The notes under the pieces were generated by a model. It saw only the letters and a list, made by a program, of their open reading frames with translations. It was not told the DNA's origin and made no database searches. A program made the position numbers and the translations under genes. Shown piece after piece: positions 19,871 to 29,622 of a DNA stretch of 64,000 nucleotides. How positions within the stretch are numbered: the stretch's first letter is position 1; each line of letters starts with the position of its first letter. The DNA is from Nocardioidaceae bacterium. GTDB taxonomy: Bacteria > Actinomycetota > Actinomycetes > Propionibacteriales > Nocardioidaceae. The stretch is taken from positions 4,461 to 68,460 of the forward strand of contig DASSHZ010000004.1 in NCBI GenBank assembly GCA_035692425.1. Reading direction: 5' to 3'.

Positions 19871-19888
19871 TCGGGGCCAGTCGGCTCC

Positions 19889-21049
19889 TCAGCGGTCAGG
19901 TTCCAGTGCCTGCCGCAGATCCTCGACCAGATCGTCGACGCTCTCGATACCGACGGACAGGCGGACCAGGTCGGCCGGCACCTCGAGTACCGAGCCGGCT
20001 GCCGATAGATGGGTCATGGCCGCCGGCAGCTCGATCAGCGACTCGACGCCGCCGAGCGACTCCGCCAGCGTGAACAGCCTGGCCCGGCCACACACCTCCC
20101 GGGCAGCCGCCTCGCCTCCGGCGACCCGGAACGAGACCATGCCACCGAAGCGGCGCATCTGCTTGCTCGCGACCGCATGTCCGGCGTGGTCGGGCAGTCC
20201 GGGGTACCACACCTCGCGGACACCGGGGTGCCCGCGCAGGAAGTCGGCCACTCGCTCCGCGTTGTCGCAGTGACGCTCCATCCGGACCGCGAGCGTCTTG
20301 AGCCCTCGCAGCGTCAGGTAGGCGTCGAACGGGCCGGGGACCGCCCCGGTCGAGTTCTGGAACGTCGCCATCGCCGCTCCCAGCTCCGCGGAGGCGGTCA
20401 CCACCGCGCCGCCAACGACGTCGCTGTGCCCTGCGCAGTACTTCGTCGTCGAGTGCACGACCACGTCGGCGCCGAGGCTCAACGGCTGCTGCAGGTACGG
20501 CGTGGCGAAGGTGTTGTCGACCACAAGCAGTGCGCCGGCGTCGTGCGCCACGGTGGCGATCGCGGCAATGTCAGCCAGGCCGAGCAGGGGGTTGCTGGGC
20601 GTCTCCACCCAGATGGCCCGGGTGCTGCCCGACTGGACAGCAGACGCGACGGCTGCGGTGTCGTGGATCGGCGCCGCGGTGTGGCGCACCCCCCAGGGCT
20701 CCAGCACGGTCTTGAAGAGTCGGTAGGTGCCGCCGTACGCGTCGTCGGGAATCACGACGTGGTCGCCCGGGCGGCAGAGGACCCGGAGCAAGGCGTCCTC
20801 GGCGGCCATGCCCGAGGCGAAGGCGATCCCGCGCGCGCCGCCCTCAAGTGCCGCGAGGCACTCCTCCAGCGCCCGCCTGGTCGGGTTCGCCGTCCGCGAG
20901 TACTCGTAACCGCCGCGCAAGCCGCCAACCCCGTCTTGCAGATACGTGCTGGACGCGTAGATCGGGGTCATGACCGCGCCCGTCGTCGCGTCGGCGGCCT
21001 GGCCGGCGTGGATCGCCCTGGTCTCGAATCCCTGCTCGCCGTCGGTCAC
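19889..21049 (-). CDS. metB: Cystathionine gamma-synthase / PLP-dependent Cys-Met metabolism enzyme
   Basis: 386-aa ORF with a STTKY-type lysine motif ([12 protein letters not shown]). Confidence 0.85.
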   Translation of the reverse strand: MTDGEQGFETRAIHAGQAADATTGAVMTPIYASSTYLQDGVGGLRGGYEYSRTANPTRRALEECLAALEGGARGIAFASGMAAEDALLRVLCRPGDHVVIPDDAYGGTYRLFKTVLEPWGVRHTAAPIHDTAAVASAVQSGSTRAIWVETPSNPLLGLADIAAIATVAHDAGALLVVDNTFATPYLQQPLSLGADVVVHSTTKYCAGHSDVVGGAVVTASAELGAAMATFQNSTGAVPGPFDAYLTLRGLKTLAVRMERHCDNAERVADFLRGHPGVREVWYPGLPDHAGHAVASKQMRRFGGMVSFRVAGGEAAAREVCGRARLFTLAESLGGVESLIELPAAMTHLSAAGSVLEVPADLVRLSVGIESVDDLVEDLRQALEPDR

Positions 21050-21275
21050 CCGGCGAGCCTATCCAGTGCGATCGCCGACGCCCCGCGCCCGGGTCCGAAC
21101 CCAAACGGCCCTGCGAGGATGGACTGGTGGAGATGCGCGACGGTCTGCGCCGGATGCCAGCGCCGGGCGTCGGCGACAAAGCGCTCACGTCCGACATCCT
21201 GAGCCCTATAGCGCTCCGGGTGCAGGACGCCGGGGGAGGGCGGGGTGCGGTCGCGTAGCGAGGGACAATGGAGCC

Positions 21276-21914
21276 ATGATCTTCTCCCGAGCCAAGACCG
21301 AACTCCCCTCGGCGGAGCGGGCGCTGCCAGGTCGCGCCGCTCCCCCATCGACGTTGCCGGCCGCGCATGCCGTGCTCGGTACGCCGCTCGACGGCCCGGT
21401 GCCGAGCGGGCACCAGGTCGCCGTCTTCGGGCTGGGCTGCTTCTGGGGCGAGGAGAAGATGTTCTGGGAGCTGCCCGGCGTCTGGTCGACCGCGGTCGGC
21501 TACGCCGGCGGGTACACGCCCCACCCGACGTACGAGGAGGTGTGCACCGGCCGGACCGGGCACGCCGAGGTGGTGCGGGTGGTCTTCGATCCGGCCGTGC
21601 TCAGCTACCCCGACCTGCTGAAGACGTTCTGGCAGGCGCACGACCCGACCCAAGGCATGCGCCAGGGCAACGACATCGGCAGCAACTACCGCTCGGTGGT
21701 GCTGACGACGTCCCCCGAGCAGCAGCAGGCCGCCGAGGCGTCGCGGGCGGCGTACCAGCACCAGCTCACTGCGGCAGGGTACGGCGAGATCACGACCACC
21801 ATCGAGCCGCTGCGGGACTTCTACTACGCAGAGGACTACCACCAGCAGTACCTGCACGAGAACCCCAACGGCTACTGCCCCGTCCACGCGACCGGGGTGG
21901 GGTACGGCGGGTAG
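21276..21914 (+). CDS. msrA: Peptide methionine (S)-sulfoxide reductase
   Basis: GLGCFWGEE active-site motif. ATG 21276. Confidence 0.95.
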   Translation: MIFSRAKTELPSAERALPGRAAPPSTLPAAHAVLGTPLDGPVPSGHQVAVFGLGCFWGEEKMFWELPGVWSTAVGYAGGYTPHPTYEEVCTGRTGHAEVVRVVFDPAVLSYPDLLKTFWQAHDPTQGMRQGNDIGSNYRSVVLTTSPEQQQAAEASRAAYQHQLTAAGYGEITTTIEPLRDFYYAEDYHQQYLHENPNGYCPVHATGVGYGG

Positions 21915-21926
21915 CCGGGCCACGCC

Positions 21927-21940
21927 CAGCGGCGCCGCTG
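21927..21940. repeat. 14-bp perfect palindrome CAGCGGCGCCGCTG in the msrA/LCP convergent gap
   Basis: Read directly. The gap is 33 nt. Confidence 0.3.
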
Positions 21941-21947
21941 CTCAGGC

Positions 21948-23450
21948 TCAGCAGACGGCCCGCAGCGACTGCCCCGTTCCGCCGCTGTGGCCCGAACCAG
22001 CTGGCCCGCCGGACCGCGGGTGCGGGCGCTCGCTCGCGGCGATCGCCAGGTGCGCGAGCCGCCGGATCTCCGCGAAGTCGGGGTGACCGGGGTCGATCAC
22101 CTCGTCGGTGAACGCCAGGCTGCTCATCCGGGCCCCGCGCATGCGCCGGGCCAGGTCCACGAACGCCGGCAGATCACCTTGCGGTATGTCGGTGGTGACT
22201 GTGGACCCGACCGCGTGGTCGATGGCCGGCAGTCTCAGCAGCAGGTTCATCGGGCTGGCCTGGTTGACCAGGGCGCCGAGCAGGCAGCGCTGGCGGAGCA
22301 TGCGGTCGTAGTCGCTGTATCCCTGCCGGACCCGGACGTACCACAGGGCCTGCCACGCGTCGAGATGCTGCCGGCCCGGGTGCAGCACGAGGTCGGGGTG
22401 CGCCGGGTCGCCGACGACCAGGGTGTGCGGTACGTCGACGGTGACGCCCCCGAGCGCGTCGATCACGTCGAGGAAGGCGCGCATGTTGACCACCACGGAG
22501 TAGTCGACCCGCAGGCCTAAGGTCGCCTCGACCGCCTGCCTGGTGGCGACCAGACCAGGGTCGCCCACGCCGGGGAGAAGGTTGCTATGGGTCACCCCGA
22601 CCAGCTCCCAGACCGCGTTGAGCAGGCAGGTGTCGCCGCAGTCGAAGCCGTGCGGGTAGAGCCGATGGAAGGGGGAGCCGGTCGGGAACGGCACGTTCTC
22701 CAGGTTGCGGGGCAGGCTCAGCAGCACCGTGTTGCCGGTGGTGGTGTCGATGCTGGCCACGATGACCGTGTCAGTGCGGGTTCCCCACCGGTCCGGCCCC
22801 GCGTCGCTGCCGAGCAACAGGACGTTGACCCGCGGCGCGAGCGCGTCCACCGGGTTGTCCAGCGGGGGCCCAGACACCCGTACGTGCTGGTTCGCGGCCG
22901 GACCGCCGGCCGTCGTCCCCGGCCGGCTTGATCCTCCCGGCGACGCGGTCGGTCCCCCGAGCGCGGACGACTGCCCGCCGGTAGCGGGGAATACCGCTTC
23001 GAGGAGCCCGTGCTGAGCGGAGGCGTAGCGCGCGCCCTGCACCCCCAGCCACGCGACTGGTACGCAAAGCGCCAGCACGACGGAAGTGGCCAGCGCTTGC
23101 TGGAACCGGTTCAGCGGCCAGCCACGAAGGGCCACGTGACTGGCCGCGATCACCAGGCACCAAAGCCCGGCGAACAAGGGAGCGGCCAGCTCCAGCGCGG
23201 TGAGGGCGCGCGGCCGGACGGCCGCCTCGACCAGCAGCTTGGTCAAGCTCCCGGTCGCGACCACCGCGGCAACACCGCCCACGACCGCCAAGAACGCGGC
23301 CAGGATCGTCCCACCCGCAGCCCGCCGGCCGGCCGCAACCAAGCCCGCCCCGGGCAGGACTGCACCGAGCAGGGTCAGTCCGAGCAGCCGACGCATCTCC
23401 CTCGGCCGATGAGGCTCTCCGGTGCCGACCGTGCCGTCCCACTGCCCCAT
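21948..23450 (-). CDS. LCP (LytR-CpsA-Psr) family glycopolymer-to-peptidoglycan ligase
   Basis: N-terminal TM segments, a Pro/Gly linker, then VNVLLLGSDAGPDRWGTRTDTVIVASID, the core LCP motif. Confidence 0.85.
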   Translation of the reverse strand: MGQWDGTVGTGEPHRPREMRRLLGLTLLGAVLPGAGLVAAGRRAAGGTILAAFLAVVGGVAAVVATGSLTKLLVEAAVRPRALTALELAAPLFAGLWCLVIAASHVALRGWPLNRFQQALATSVVLALCVPVAWLGVQGARYASAQHGLLEAVFPATGGQSSALGGPTASPGGSSRPGTTAGGPAANQHVRVSGPPLDNPVDALAPRVNVLLLGSDAGPDRWGTRTDTVIVASIDTTTGNTVLLSLPRNLENVPFPTGSPFHRLYPHGFDCGDTCLLNAVWELVGVTHSNLLPGVGDPGLVATRQAVEATLGLRVDYSVVVNMRAFLDVIDALGGVTVDVPHTLVVGDPAHPDLVLHPGRQHLDAWQALWYVRVRQGYSDYDRMLRQRCLLGALVNQASPMNLLLRLPAIDHAVGSTVTTDIPQGDLPAFVDLARRMRGARMSSLAFTDEVIDPGHPDFAEIRRLAHLAIAASERPHPRSGGPAGSGHSGGTGQSLRAVC

Positions 23451-23854
23451 GTCGAAGCCTTCCTGTGCGCCTCACACCCCGTTGTGACGGGCGCCGACGA
23501 CAAGGGGACGCAGCAGGCGGGTCGCGCGTTGCCCGGCCGCCGACACTCGCTTCGACCTGCTGGTCTCCGGGCCCACCTGGCGCAAAGCGCGTCAAAGGCG
23601 CACCGGGCGCGACGGTGCCGCCACTGATGCACGGCTCGACCTCGCCCTGGAAGAACGGCTCTCCGCCATGGCCGGGTCAGCGTCCAACAGCCACCTGGTG
23701 ACGTCGGTCATCGCACTTCTCCGCTGGGTTCCTAGCCTCGACCGGCGGACCCACCGCCTCTTCCGCGGAAATACTTCACGCCGCCTGGTGGGTGCCCTAC
23801 TGTTCTCTCAACGGGCTCGTGGGGAGCCTTGCGTACTGTTTGTACCAAACCACC

Positions 23855-23892
23855 GTTACGAAGCGGTCGGCCGCTTCGCCGTATTTGGGGGG
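23855..23892 (+). promoter_or_regulatory. GTTACGAAG...GGGGGG element with internal hairpin GAAGCGG-TCGG-CCGCTTC upstream of the beta-propeller gene
   Basis: Looser third copy of the GTTAnA...GGGGGG motif seen at 27143 and 36375. Here the G-run also serves as the SD for GTG 23898. Confidence 0.3.
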
Positions 23893-23897
23893 ATGCT

Positions 23898-25019
23898 GTG
23901 TTGGGTGCCATCTCGCGTTCGCTGGTCTCGCGGCTGCTGCTGCTGTTCGGGGCCCCACTGTGCCTGGTGCTCGCCGCGCTCGCGCCGGCGCAGGCTGCCC
24001 TGACGCCCGTCGCCACGTCGCCGATGACCTTCTGGCAGACCAACGGCCGGGTCCAGGCGATCCTGGCCACCCCGGGTGCGCTCTACATCGGGGGCACCTT
24101 CACCCAGCTGATCGGCCCCAGCGGGCAAACGGTTTCGGTGCAGAACATCGCGGCTCTCAGCCCGACCACCGGCGCACCGCTGTCGGGGTTCAGCGCGGCG
24201 GTCAACAAGCAAGTCTGGGACTTCGCGCTGTGCGGGACGACGCTCTACGCGGTGGGCGACTTCGGCTACGCCGGCTCGGTACGGCGGCAGAAGGCGGCCG
24301 CCTTCAACGCCTCGACGGGCGCCCTGCTCAGCTGGAACCCGAAGGCCAACGGTCGGATCTACTCCGCCGTGTGCACCTCATCCTCGGTCTACCTCGGCGG
24401 CAACTTCACCGCCCTGCACGGGACCAGCCGGCCGTACCTGGCGGCAGTCGACCCGACGAGCGGCGCCATCCAGTCGGGCTGGAACCCCACCCCCAACAAC
24501 ACGATCAAGGCGATCGCACCCAGCCCAGACGGCACCCAGCTGGTCGTCGGCGGGCTCTTCACGAACATCTCCGGCACCTCGAAGCAGCACATCGCGTCCG
24601 TGAGCCCATCGACCGGAGGGCTCCAGTCCTGGCCCGCAACGACCACCGACCCGCTCGACGACGTGATCGTCGTGGGCAGCCAGGTCTTCGCCGCCGGCGA
24701 GCACAACATGACCGAGGCGTTCTCGCTCAGCACCGGAGCGCGCCAGTGGGTGAGCACAGGCAACGGCAACGTGCAGACCCTGACCGAGCTCAACGGCGTG
24801 CTGTACGTCGGCGGGCACTTCTCCATCTGGAACAACCTGACGGCGAAGCACATCGTGGCGCTCGACCCGGCGACTGGTAGGACCGTCACCTGGTCGATCA
24901 ACGAGAACTCGGCGCTGGGCACCTGGGCACTGGCCAACCAGAACGGGATGCTGTACGTCGGCGGCGACTTCACCAAGATCAACCGCGAGCTGGTGCAGCA
25001 CCTCGCGGTCTTCGAGTAG
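23898..25019 (+). CDS. Secreted beta-propeller repeat protein
   Basis: Signal peptide LLLLFGAPLCLVLAALAPAQA. Seven recurrences of a (L/V)Y(I/V/L)GG-x-F-type blade motif: LYIGGTF, LYAVGDF, VYLGGNF, LVVGGLF, VFAAGEH, LYVGGHF, LYVGGDF. Confidence 0.7.
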   Translation: MLGAISRSLVSRLLLLFGAPLCLVLAALAPAQAALTPVATSPMTFWQTNGRVQAILATPGALYIGGTFTQLIGPSGQTVSVQNIAALSPTTGAPLSGFSAAVNKQVWDFALCGTTLYAVGDFGYAGSVRRQKAAAFNASTGALLSWNPKANGRIYSAVCTSSSVYLGGNFTALHGTSRPYLAAVDPTSGAIQSGWNPTPNNTIKAIAPSPDGTQLVVGGLFTNISGTSKQHIASVSPSTGGLQSWPATTTDPLDDVIVVGSQVFAAGEHNMTEAFSLSTGARQWVSTGNGNVQTLTELNGVLYVGGHFSIWNNLTAKHIVALDPATGRTVTWSINENSALGTWALANQNGMLYVGGDFTKINRELVQHLAVFE

Positions 25020-25122
25020 CGGACCTGGTCCGGCGGTCCGGAACGGCACCGGGCCGCCGGTTGAGCCGCAGCCCGCCGGCTGAGCTTTGTCGAAACGAAG
25101 GGGCCTGAGCGCCGACGGGCGC

Positions 25123-25857
25123 TCAGCAGGCCTTGGCAGCGATCTGCAGTGAGTTGGCCGACATCTTGGTCGCAGACTGCGACAGCTTCGCGGCCTTGGC
25201 CACGGTGGCTGAGATCACCGATCGCAGGTCGGACTCCTGAGTGGCTAGGGACTTCAGTGCGCTGCGCACCTGCCCGCTGGCCACCGACTGGGGGGCCCCG
25301 GCGACCCCCCGGCGCGCCGTCTCCAGTGCCTTGGCGTCGCTACGGACGTGAGACGCCCGTTGGCCCACGATCCGGAGGTCGTGGTCCAGTACCGAGACCC
25401 GCGTCTTGAGGTGCTTGTGGGCAACCGTCGCCGCCCCCACCGCCTTGACGACCTTGTCGTGGTCGGCCCAGACATCACTGCACACCCGGACCGGAGCCTT
25501 GTAGGCGGCATGCCGCTCGGCGGCCAGCGCGGAGCGGGCGTTGCGCACGGCCACGCTCATCGCCCGCCGGGCACCCGGCAGGTCATCGTCGGTCTGGAGC
25601 TTCTTCGCGGCAGCGACGAGCCGGAAGAGCGAGCCGGTGAGCGCCTTGTTGGCGGCAACTATCTCCTTGTCGGCAGTGGGGTCGGTGGTGGTTGGGTCAC
25701 TCGACTGGCTGGTGGTGGACGGTGCGGTCGAGGCTGGGGTGGTCGCGGACGTCGGTGCCGCGTGCGGGCCGGCCCCATGCATGCACCCCGTCGACGAAAG
25801 CGCTACGGCGGCGACCGCCGCGACCATGGCCGCCCGGCGGCGAAGGCTGGGCCTCAT
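25123..25857 (-). CDS. Lipoprotein of unknown function (Thr/Ser/Pro linker plus helical domain)
   Basis: Lipobox VALSSTGC. Its ATG overlaps the stop of the upstream GT4 gene (ATGA). Confidence 0.6.
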   Translation of the reverse strand: MRPSLRRRAAMVAAVAAVALSSTGCMHGAGPHAAPTSATTPASTAPSTTSQSSDPTTTDPTADKEIVAANKALTGSLFRLVAAAKKLQTDDDLPGARRAMSVAVRNARSALAAERHAAYKAPVRVCSDVWADHDKVVKAVGAATVAHKHLKTRVSVLDHDLRIVGQRASHVRSDAKALETARRGVAGAPQSVASGQVRSALKSLATQESDLRSVISATVAKAAKLSQSATKMSANSLQIAAKAC

Positions 25858-27056
25858 GCCCGGCTCCTGGCAGTGGCCCACCGCCGGGCGCCGGAGCGGC
25901 GCCGGGCCAACTCGACGTACACCTGCTCGACCTCGTCGGTCACCCGATCCCAGTCGTACCGAGCAACCATGGCTTCGCCCAGGTCAGCAGCCGCGGCCCG
26001 ATCCTGGTCCGAGCCCCGCAGAGCGCTGGCCAGCGCCCGCTGCAGCGAAGACACGTCCCCCGACCCGAACAACCATCGACCCGGAGCGGGCGCCGAGCCG
26101 AGCACCTCGACGTGCGGCCCGATGTCGCTGGCCACGATCGGCAGGCCAAAGCTCAGCGCCTCGAGCAGAGTCAGCGGCAGCCCCTCCAGCAGCGAGGGCT
26201 GGACGAACGCCTTGGCATGCGCGTACAGCGACGCGAGATCCGGCCCCAGCACGGCGCCGGTGAAGAGCACTCGGGGGTCCGCCACCGCCAACTCCTGCAG
26301 CACGCGCACGTGGGCGTCGGTGAACGAGGAGTCGCCGACGATGACGAGCCGGCGCCCGCCGGGCACGCCGCGGTAGGCCCGCAACAGCAGGTCTACACCC
26401 TTCTCCGGGACCAGCCGGCCGACGAACAACAGGTACTCCCCCGGAGCGAGGCCGCGGTCGCGAACCGGCCCATCGGCTGCCGGCCCCGGGCGCGAGATGC
26501 CGTTGGGAATGTAGTCGCACTCGCGGCCGAAAACCTCCCGGTAGTGCTGTTGCAGCGACTGCGAGACCACAATCGTGCGATCGGGCACGTGTCCGCTCAT
26601 CCAGTGGGCGACCCCCAGCACCGCTCGAGCCCCGCCGCCCCACTTCGCGCGCTGGTGATCCAGCCCGTGCACGGTCAGCACGACGCCCGCGGACGACAGC
26701 AGTCGCGGCACTGGGGCGACCAGTCCCGGGCCAAGTGCGTGGTAATGGAAGATGTCGTAGCCAGAGGAGAGTGCCAGAGCTGTCGAGCTGGCGCTGTGCA
26801 CGATGGCGTCCAGGCGCTTGGAGCCGACCGTCGGAGCCGGCCTAAGGTGGATCCCGGCGTACGTCGACCCGCTCGACCGTCCGTAAGACGCCCGCGTGAA
26901 CGCAGTGACCTCGTGTCCGCGGGCGGCCAGCCGGCGGCCGATCTCCTCCACGTGGTGCTCGATGCCGCCGACGGCAGCGGGCAGCCCCTTCTGGCCGATC
27001 ATCGCGATGCGAAGACCGCCGCGACGGCCCGGCGCGACGCCGGAAACCTTGAGCAT
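25854..27056 (-). CDS. GT4-family glycosyltransferase
   Basis: GT-B N-terminus IAMIGQKGLPAAVGGIEHHV and EX7E region EGLPLTLLEALSFGLPIV. Confidence 0.9.
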   Translation of the reverse strand: MLKVSGVAPGRRGGLRIAMIGQKGLPAAVGGIEHHVEEIGRRLAARGHEVTAFTRASYGRSSGSTYAGIHLRPAPTVGSKRLDAIVHSASSTALALSSGYDIFHYHALGPGLVAPVPRLLSSAGVVLTVHGLDHQRAKWGGGARAVLGVAHWMSGHVPDRTIVVSQSLQQHYREVFGRECDYIPNGISRPGPAADGPVRDRGLAPGEYLLFVGRLVPEKGVDLLLRAYRGVPGGRRLVIVGDSSFTDAHVRVLQELAVADPRVLFTGAVLGPDLASLYAHAKAFVQPSLLEGLPLTLLEALSFGLPIVASDIGPHVEVLGSAPAPGRWLFGSGDVSSLQRALASALRGSDQDRAAAADLGEAMVARYDWDRVTDEVEQVYVELARRRSGARRWATARSRA

Positions 27057-27142
27057 GCTGGACCCCCCCAGACGAACTCAGTTACCCCCGACCCCACCGG
27101 CCTCTACGATGCCGGTTCGCATCCCATCGTGCCATGAGAATC

Positions 27143-27165
27143 GTTAAAGTTATCCCAGAGGGGGG
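27143..27165 (+). promoter_or_regulatory. AT-rich/G-run motif GTTAAAGTTATCCCAGAGGGGGG upstream of the ST1-wzy-wzz-wzx unit
   Basis: 16/23 ungapped identity to 36375-36397. Both copies lie in divergent intergenic regions of the same cluster and in the same orientation. Confidence 0.3.
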
Positions 27166-27291
27166 AAACTGAGGCACCATTGGACATGTTGCCTGGCGTC
27201 CCGGGGGGGCTTCCGCGTTTCCCGCAACCGCCAGGGTGGAGGTCGCCGGTGGGGACTGCGTGGGGACACCAATCGAGGAGGGGAACGACTG

Positions 27292-28152
27292 GTGGAGCTG
27301 AGGAGGTTGGGGGGCAGTCTCGCCGCGCCGTTGCGAGCTGCACTGCTCGGCGGACAACGCATGACACCCGGGTTCCTGATCGTGGGCACCAAGCGCGGCG
27401 GCTCCACGGCTGTCTACCACTGGATCACCATGCACCCGCAGGTGGCGCCCGCCCGGACCCGCAAGGGCACCCACTACTTCGACGTGAACTACCACCGGGG
27501 CGACGCCTGGTTCCGTAGCGGCTTCCAGCACCCGCACCCGAGGTGGTTGGTCACCGGCGAGGCGAGCCCCTACTACATGTTCCACCCGCTTGCCCCGGCG
27601 CGGATCCGGCAGACGCTGCCCGATGTCCGGCTGATCGTCCTGCTCCGAGACCCGGTACGTCGAGCGTGGTCGCACCACCAATACGAGACCGCCCAGGGCT
27701 ACGAGGAGCTGGCGTTCGAGCAGGCCCTCGACGCCGAGGGTGAACGGTTGGCCGGCGAGGAGGAGCGGCTCGTCTCCGACCCCACCTACGAGAGCTTCGC
27801 CCACCGCCATCACGCCTACCGCGCCCGGGGCCGGTACGCCGACCAGCTCGAACGGCTGTACCAGCTGTTCCCACTCGAGCAGGTGCTGGTGCTGCAGAGC
27901 GAGCGCCTCTTCGCGGACCCGGCACCTGAGCTGAGCCGGGTGTGGGCCTTCCTCGGGCTGGAGCCGGTCGAGCTCGGCGGCCTGCGGCCGATGAAGGAGG
28001 GCCCCAAGGGCGGCGGCCCCATGCCCGAGGCGGCCCGCCAGGAGCTGGCCGGCTACTACGAGCCGCTAAACCAACGGCTATACGCCCTGCCGGGCGTTGA
28101 CTTCCGGTGGGACGGGGCCATCACGCCGGAGGCCGGGGTGGTCGCCGGATGA
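27292..28152 (+). CDS. Sulfotransferase-domain protein (ST1); alternative start ATG 27361
   Basis: 5'-PSB-like loop VGTKRGGST and 3'-PB-like LLRDPVRRAWSHH. RBS GAGGAGG precedes GTG 27292. Its stop overlaps the wzy-like start (ATGA). Confidence 0.8.
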   Translation: MELRRLGGSLAAPLRAALLGGQRMTPGFLIVGTKRGGSTAVYHWITMHPQVAPARTRKGTHYFDVNYHRGDAWFRSGFQHPHPRWLVTGEASPYYMFHPLAPARIRQTLPDVRLIVLLRDPVRRAWSHHQYETAQGYEELAFEQALDAEGERLAGEEERLVSDPTYESFAHRHHAYRARGRYADQLERLYQLFPLEQVLVLQSERLFADPAPELSRVWAFLGLEPVELGGLRPMKEGPKGGGPMPEAARQELAGYYEPLNQRLYALPGVDFRWDGAITPEAGVVAG

Positions 28153-29615
28153 GCATGTCGATCCGGGTGCTCCGTCGACGCCGGTTCGCCGGCGAGGCGC
28201 TGACCGTGCTCGGTGCCGTCCTCGCCACCGCGGCTGCCGCGGCGACCGGGTTGTCGGCTACCTCGGGCAGCAAGACGCTGCTGTTCCTGCCGATCGTGGT
28301 CGTCATCGCCCTCGGCCTTGGGGTGCTCGCGCTCACCCGGTTCAGCGCCTTCGTCTACCTGGTGCTCGGGGTCCGCTCCGCGGTCGACCTGTTCCGGCTC
28401 AGCGGTTCCGCCGCGGGCAACACGGCAACAAACTCGGTGGCAGCCAAGGGCGCCGACCCATCGACGATCCTCGCCGTCCTGTTCCTGCTGGCCGCTTTCG
28501 TGTGGCTGAGCGCGCAGTACTTCAAGAACGGCCGGGTCAACGGGTCCTGGCTGCGTACGACGCTGGTGCTCTTCGTCACGGCGAGCATGCTCAGCGCGGC
28601 CGGCTCGGCCGAGCCGAAGGTCAGCCTCATCGAGGGCCTACGGATCCTCGCCATCGTGATGATGTACCTGGTCCTCGAGCAGCTGATCGTCGACCGGGCC
28701 ACCCTCCGGCGTACGCTCGTCGCCTGCTACGTCTCGCTGCTCTTCCCGCTCGGCTACACGGTCTACGGCTTCCTGTCCGGCCACCCGGCCGCCGACTACA
28801 AGGGCGGCTTCACGCGCATCGCCGGTCCGTTCGCGCAGTCGACCATCTACGCGCGCTACCTCGGCTTCATGATCATCTTCGGCGTCGCGCTGATCCCGGT
28901 GCTCAACAAGCGCGCCCGGCTCGCGATGATCTCGCTGGTCGGACTCTCCTCGGTCTTCCTGCTGCTGACGCTCACCCGGGGCGCCATCATCACGACGGCC
29001 CTCGGAGTGCTGATCGTCGCCGTGGCCCAGCGCCGCCAGAAGCTGGTGGTCGGTTTCGTCGTCGCGGCCATCGTCGCGTTGCTCGTGATGCCCGGGCTGA
29101 GCGCCCGCCTGTCGGAGGTCGATGCCCAGCGGGCCGCCGGCGGTGGCCCGACCGGGAACACGCTGGCTTGGCGTATCAGCTACTGGACCGAGGTGCTCCC
29201 GCTGGCCAACAAGAACCCGGTGACCGGTATCGGGCTCGACATGACGCAATACAACACCAACGCGGCGAAGCAGCCGCACAACGACTTCATCCGGGCGTAC
29301 GTCGAGACCGGCCTCATCGGGCTCGCCACTTATGTGCTCTTCCTGTGCGCTCTGGTGAACACGGCGATCCGCGCCGTACGCCGGGCCCCGCCGCGAAGTT
29401 CCGACGCTGCGATCGCGATCGGGTTCCTGGCCTGCTCGGTCGCGTTCGTGGTCGAGAGTGCCGCGGCGAACGTCATCTCCAGCGTCGTCTGCCTCTGGTA
29501 CCTGATGGCGTTCGCGGCCGCCGGCAACGCGGTGACCCGGCTCAACCCGACTCCCGACCCGGTGGCGCCGTCCGGCGCGACGACGGCGCCGCTTGCCCTC
29601 CCAACGAAAGGTTAG
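28149..29615 (+). CDS. O-antigen ligase/polymerase-like membrane protein (Wzy_C family)
   Basis: Polytopic protein. Loop motif WRISYWTEVL...NPVTGIGLD...PHNDFIRAYVETGLIG is typical of the Wzy/WaaL family. Confidence 0.8.
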   Translation: MSMSIRVLRRRRFAGEALTVLGAVLATAAAAATGLSATSGSKTLLFLPIVVVIALGLGVLALTRFSAFVYLVLGVRSAVDLFRLSGSAAGNTATNSVAAKGADPSTILAVLFLLAAFVWLSAQYFKNGRVNGSWLRTTLVLFVTASMLSAAGSAEPKVSLIEGLRILAIVMMYLVLEQLIVDRATLRRTLVACYVSLLFPLGYTVYGFLSGHPAADYKGGFTRIAGPFAQSTIYARYLGFMIIFGVALIPVLNKRARLAMISLVGLSSVFLLLTLTRGAIITTALGVLIVAVAQRRQKLVVGFVVAAIVALLVMPGLSARLSEVDAQRAAGGGPTGNTLAWRISYWTEVLPLANKNPVTGIGLDMTQYNTNAAKQPHNDFIRAYVETGLIGLATYVLFLCALVNTAIRAVRRAPPRSSDAAIAIGFLACSVAFVVESAAANVISSVVCLWYLMAFAAAGNAVTRLNPTPDPVAPSGATTAPLALPTKG

Positions 29616-29622
29616 GCACCAA

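Noticed and set aside
21050-21275. Possible SAM/methionine riboswitch in the 226-nt metB leader (region divergent with msrA)
   Set aside because: I read the minus-strand leader looking for S-box or SAM-IV hallmarks such as the GCAACC segment and characteristic pairings. I could not recognise them. A covariance-model scan (Rfam/Infernal) would be needed, so nothing is claimed.
27180-27518. 112-aa ORF in the GT4/ST1 intergenic region (similarly 12293-12793 (-), 36221-36454 (+), 39641-39850 (-), 53717-53908 (-))
   Set aside because: Their composition is Pro/Arg/Gly-rich or they overlap better genes or the tRNA. They have no RBS and no motifs, so they are treated as non-coding.
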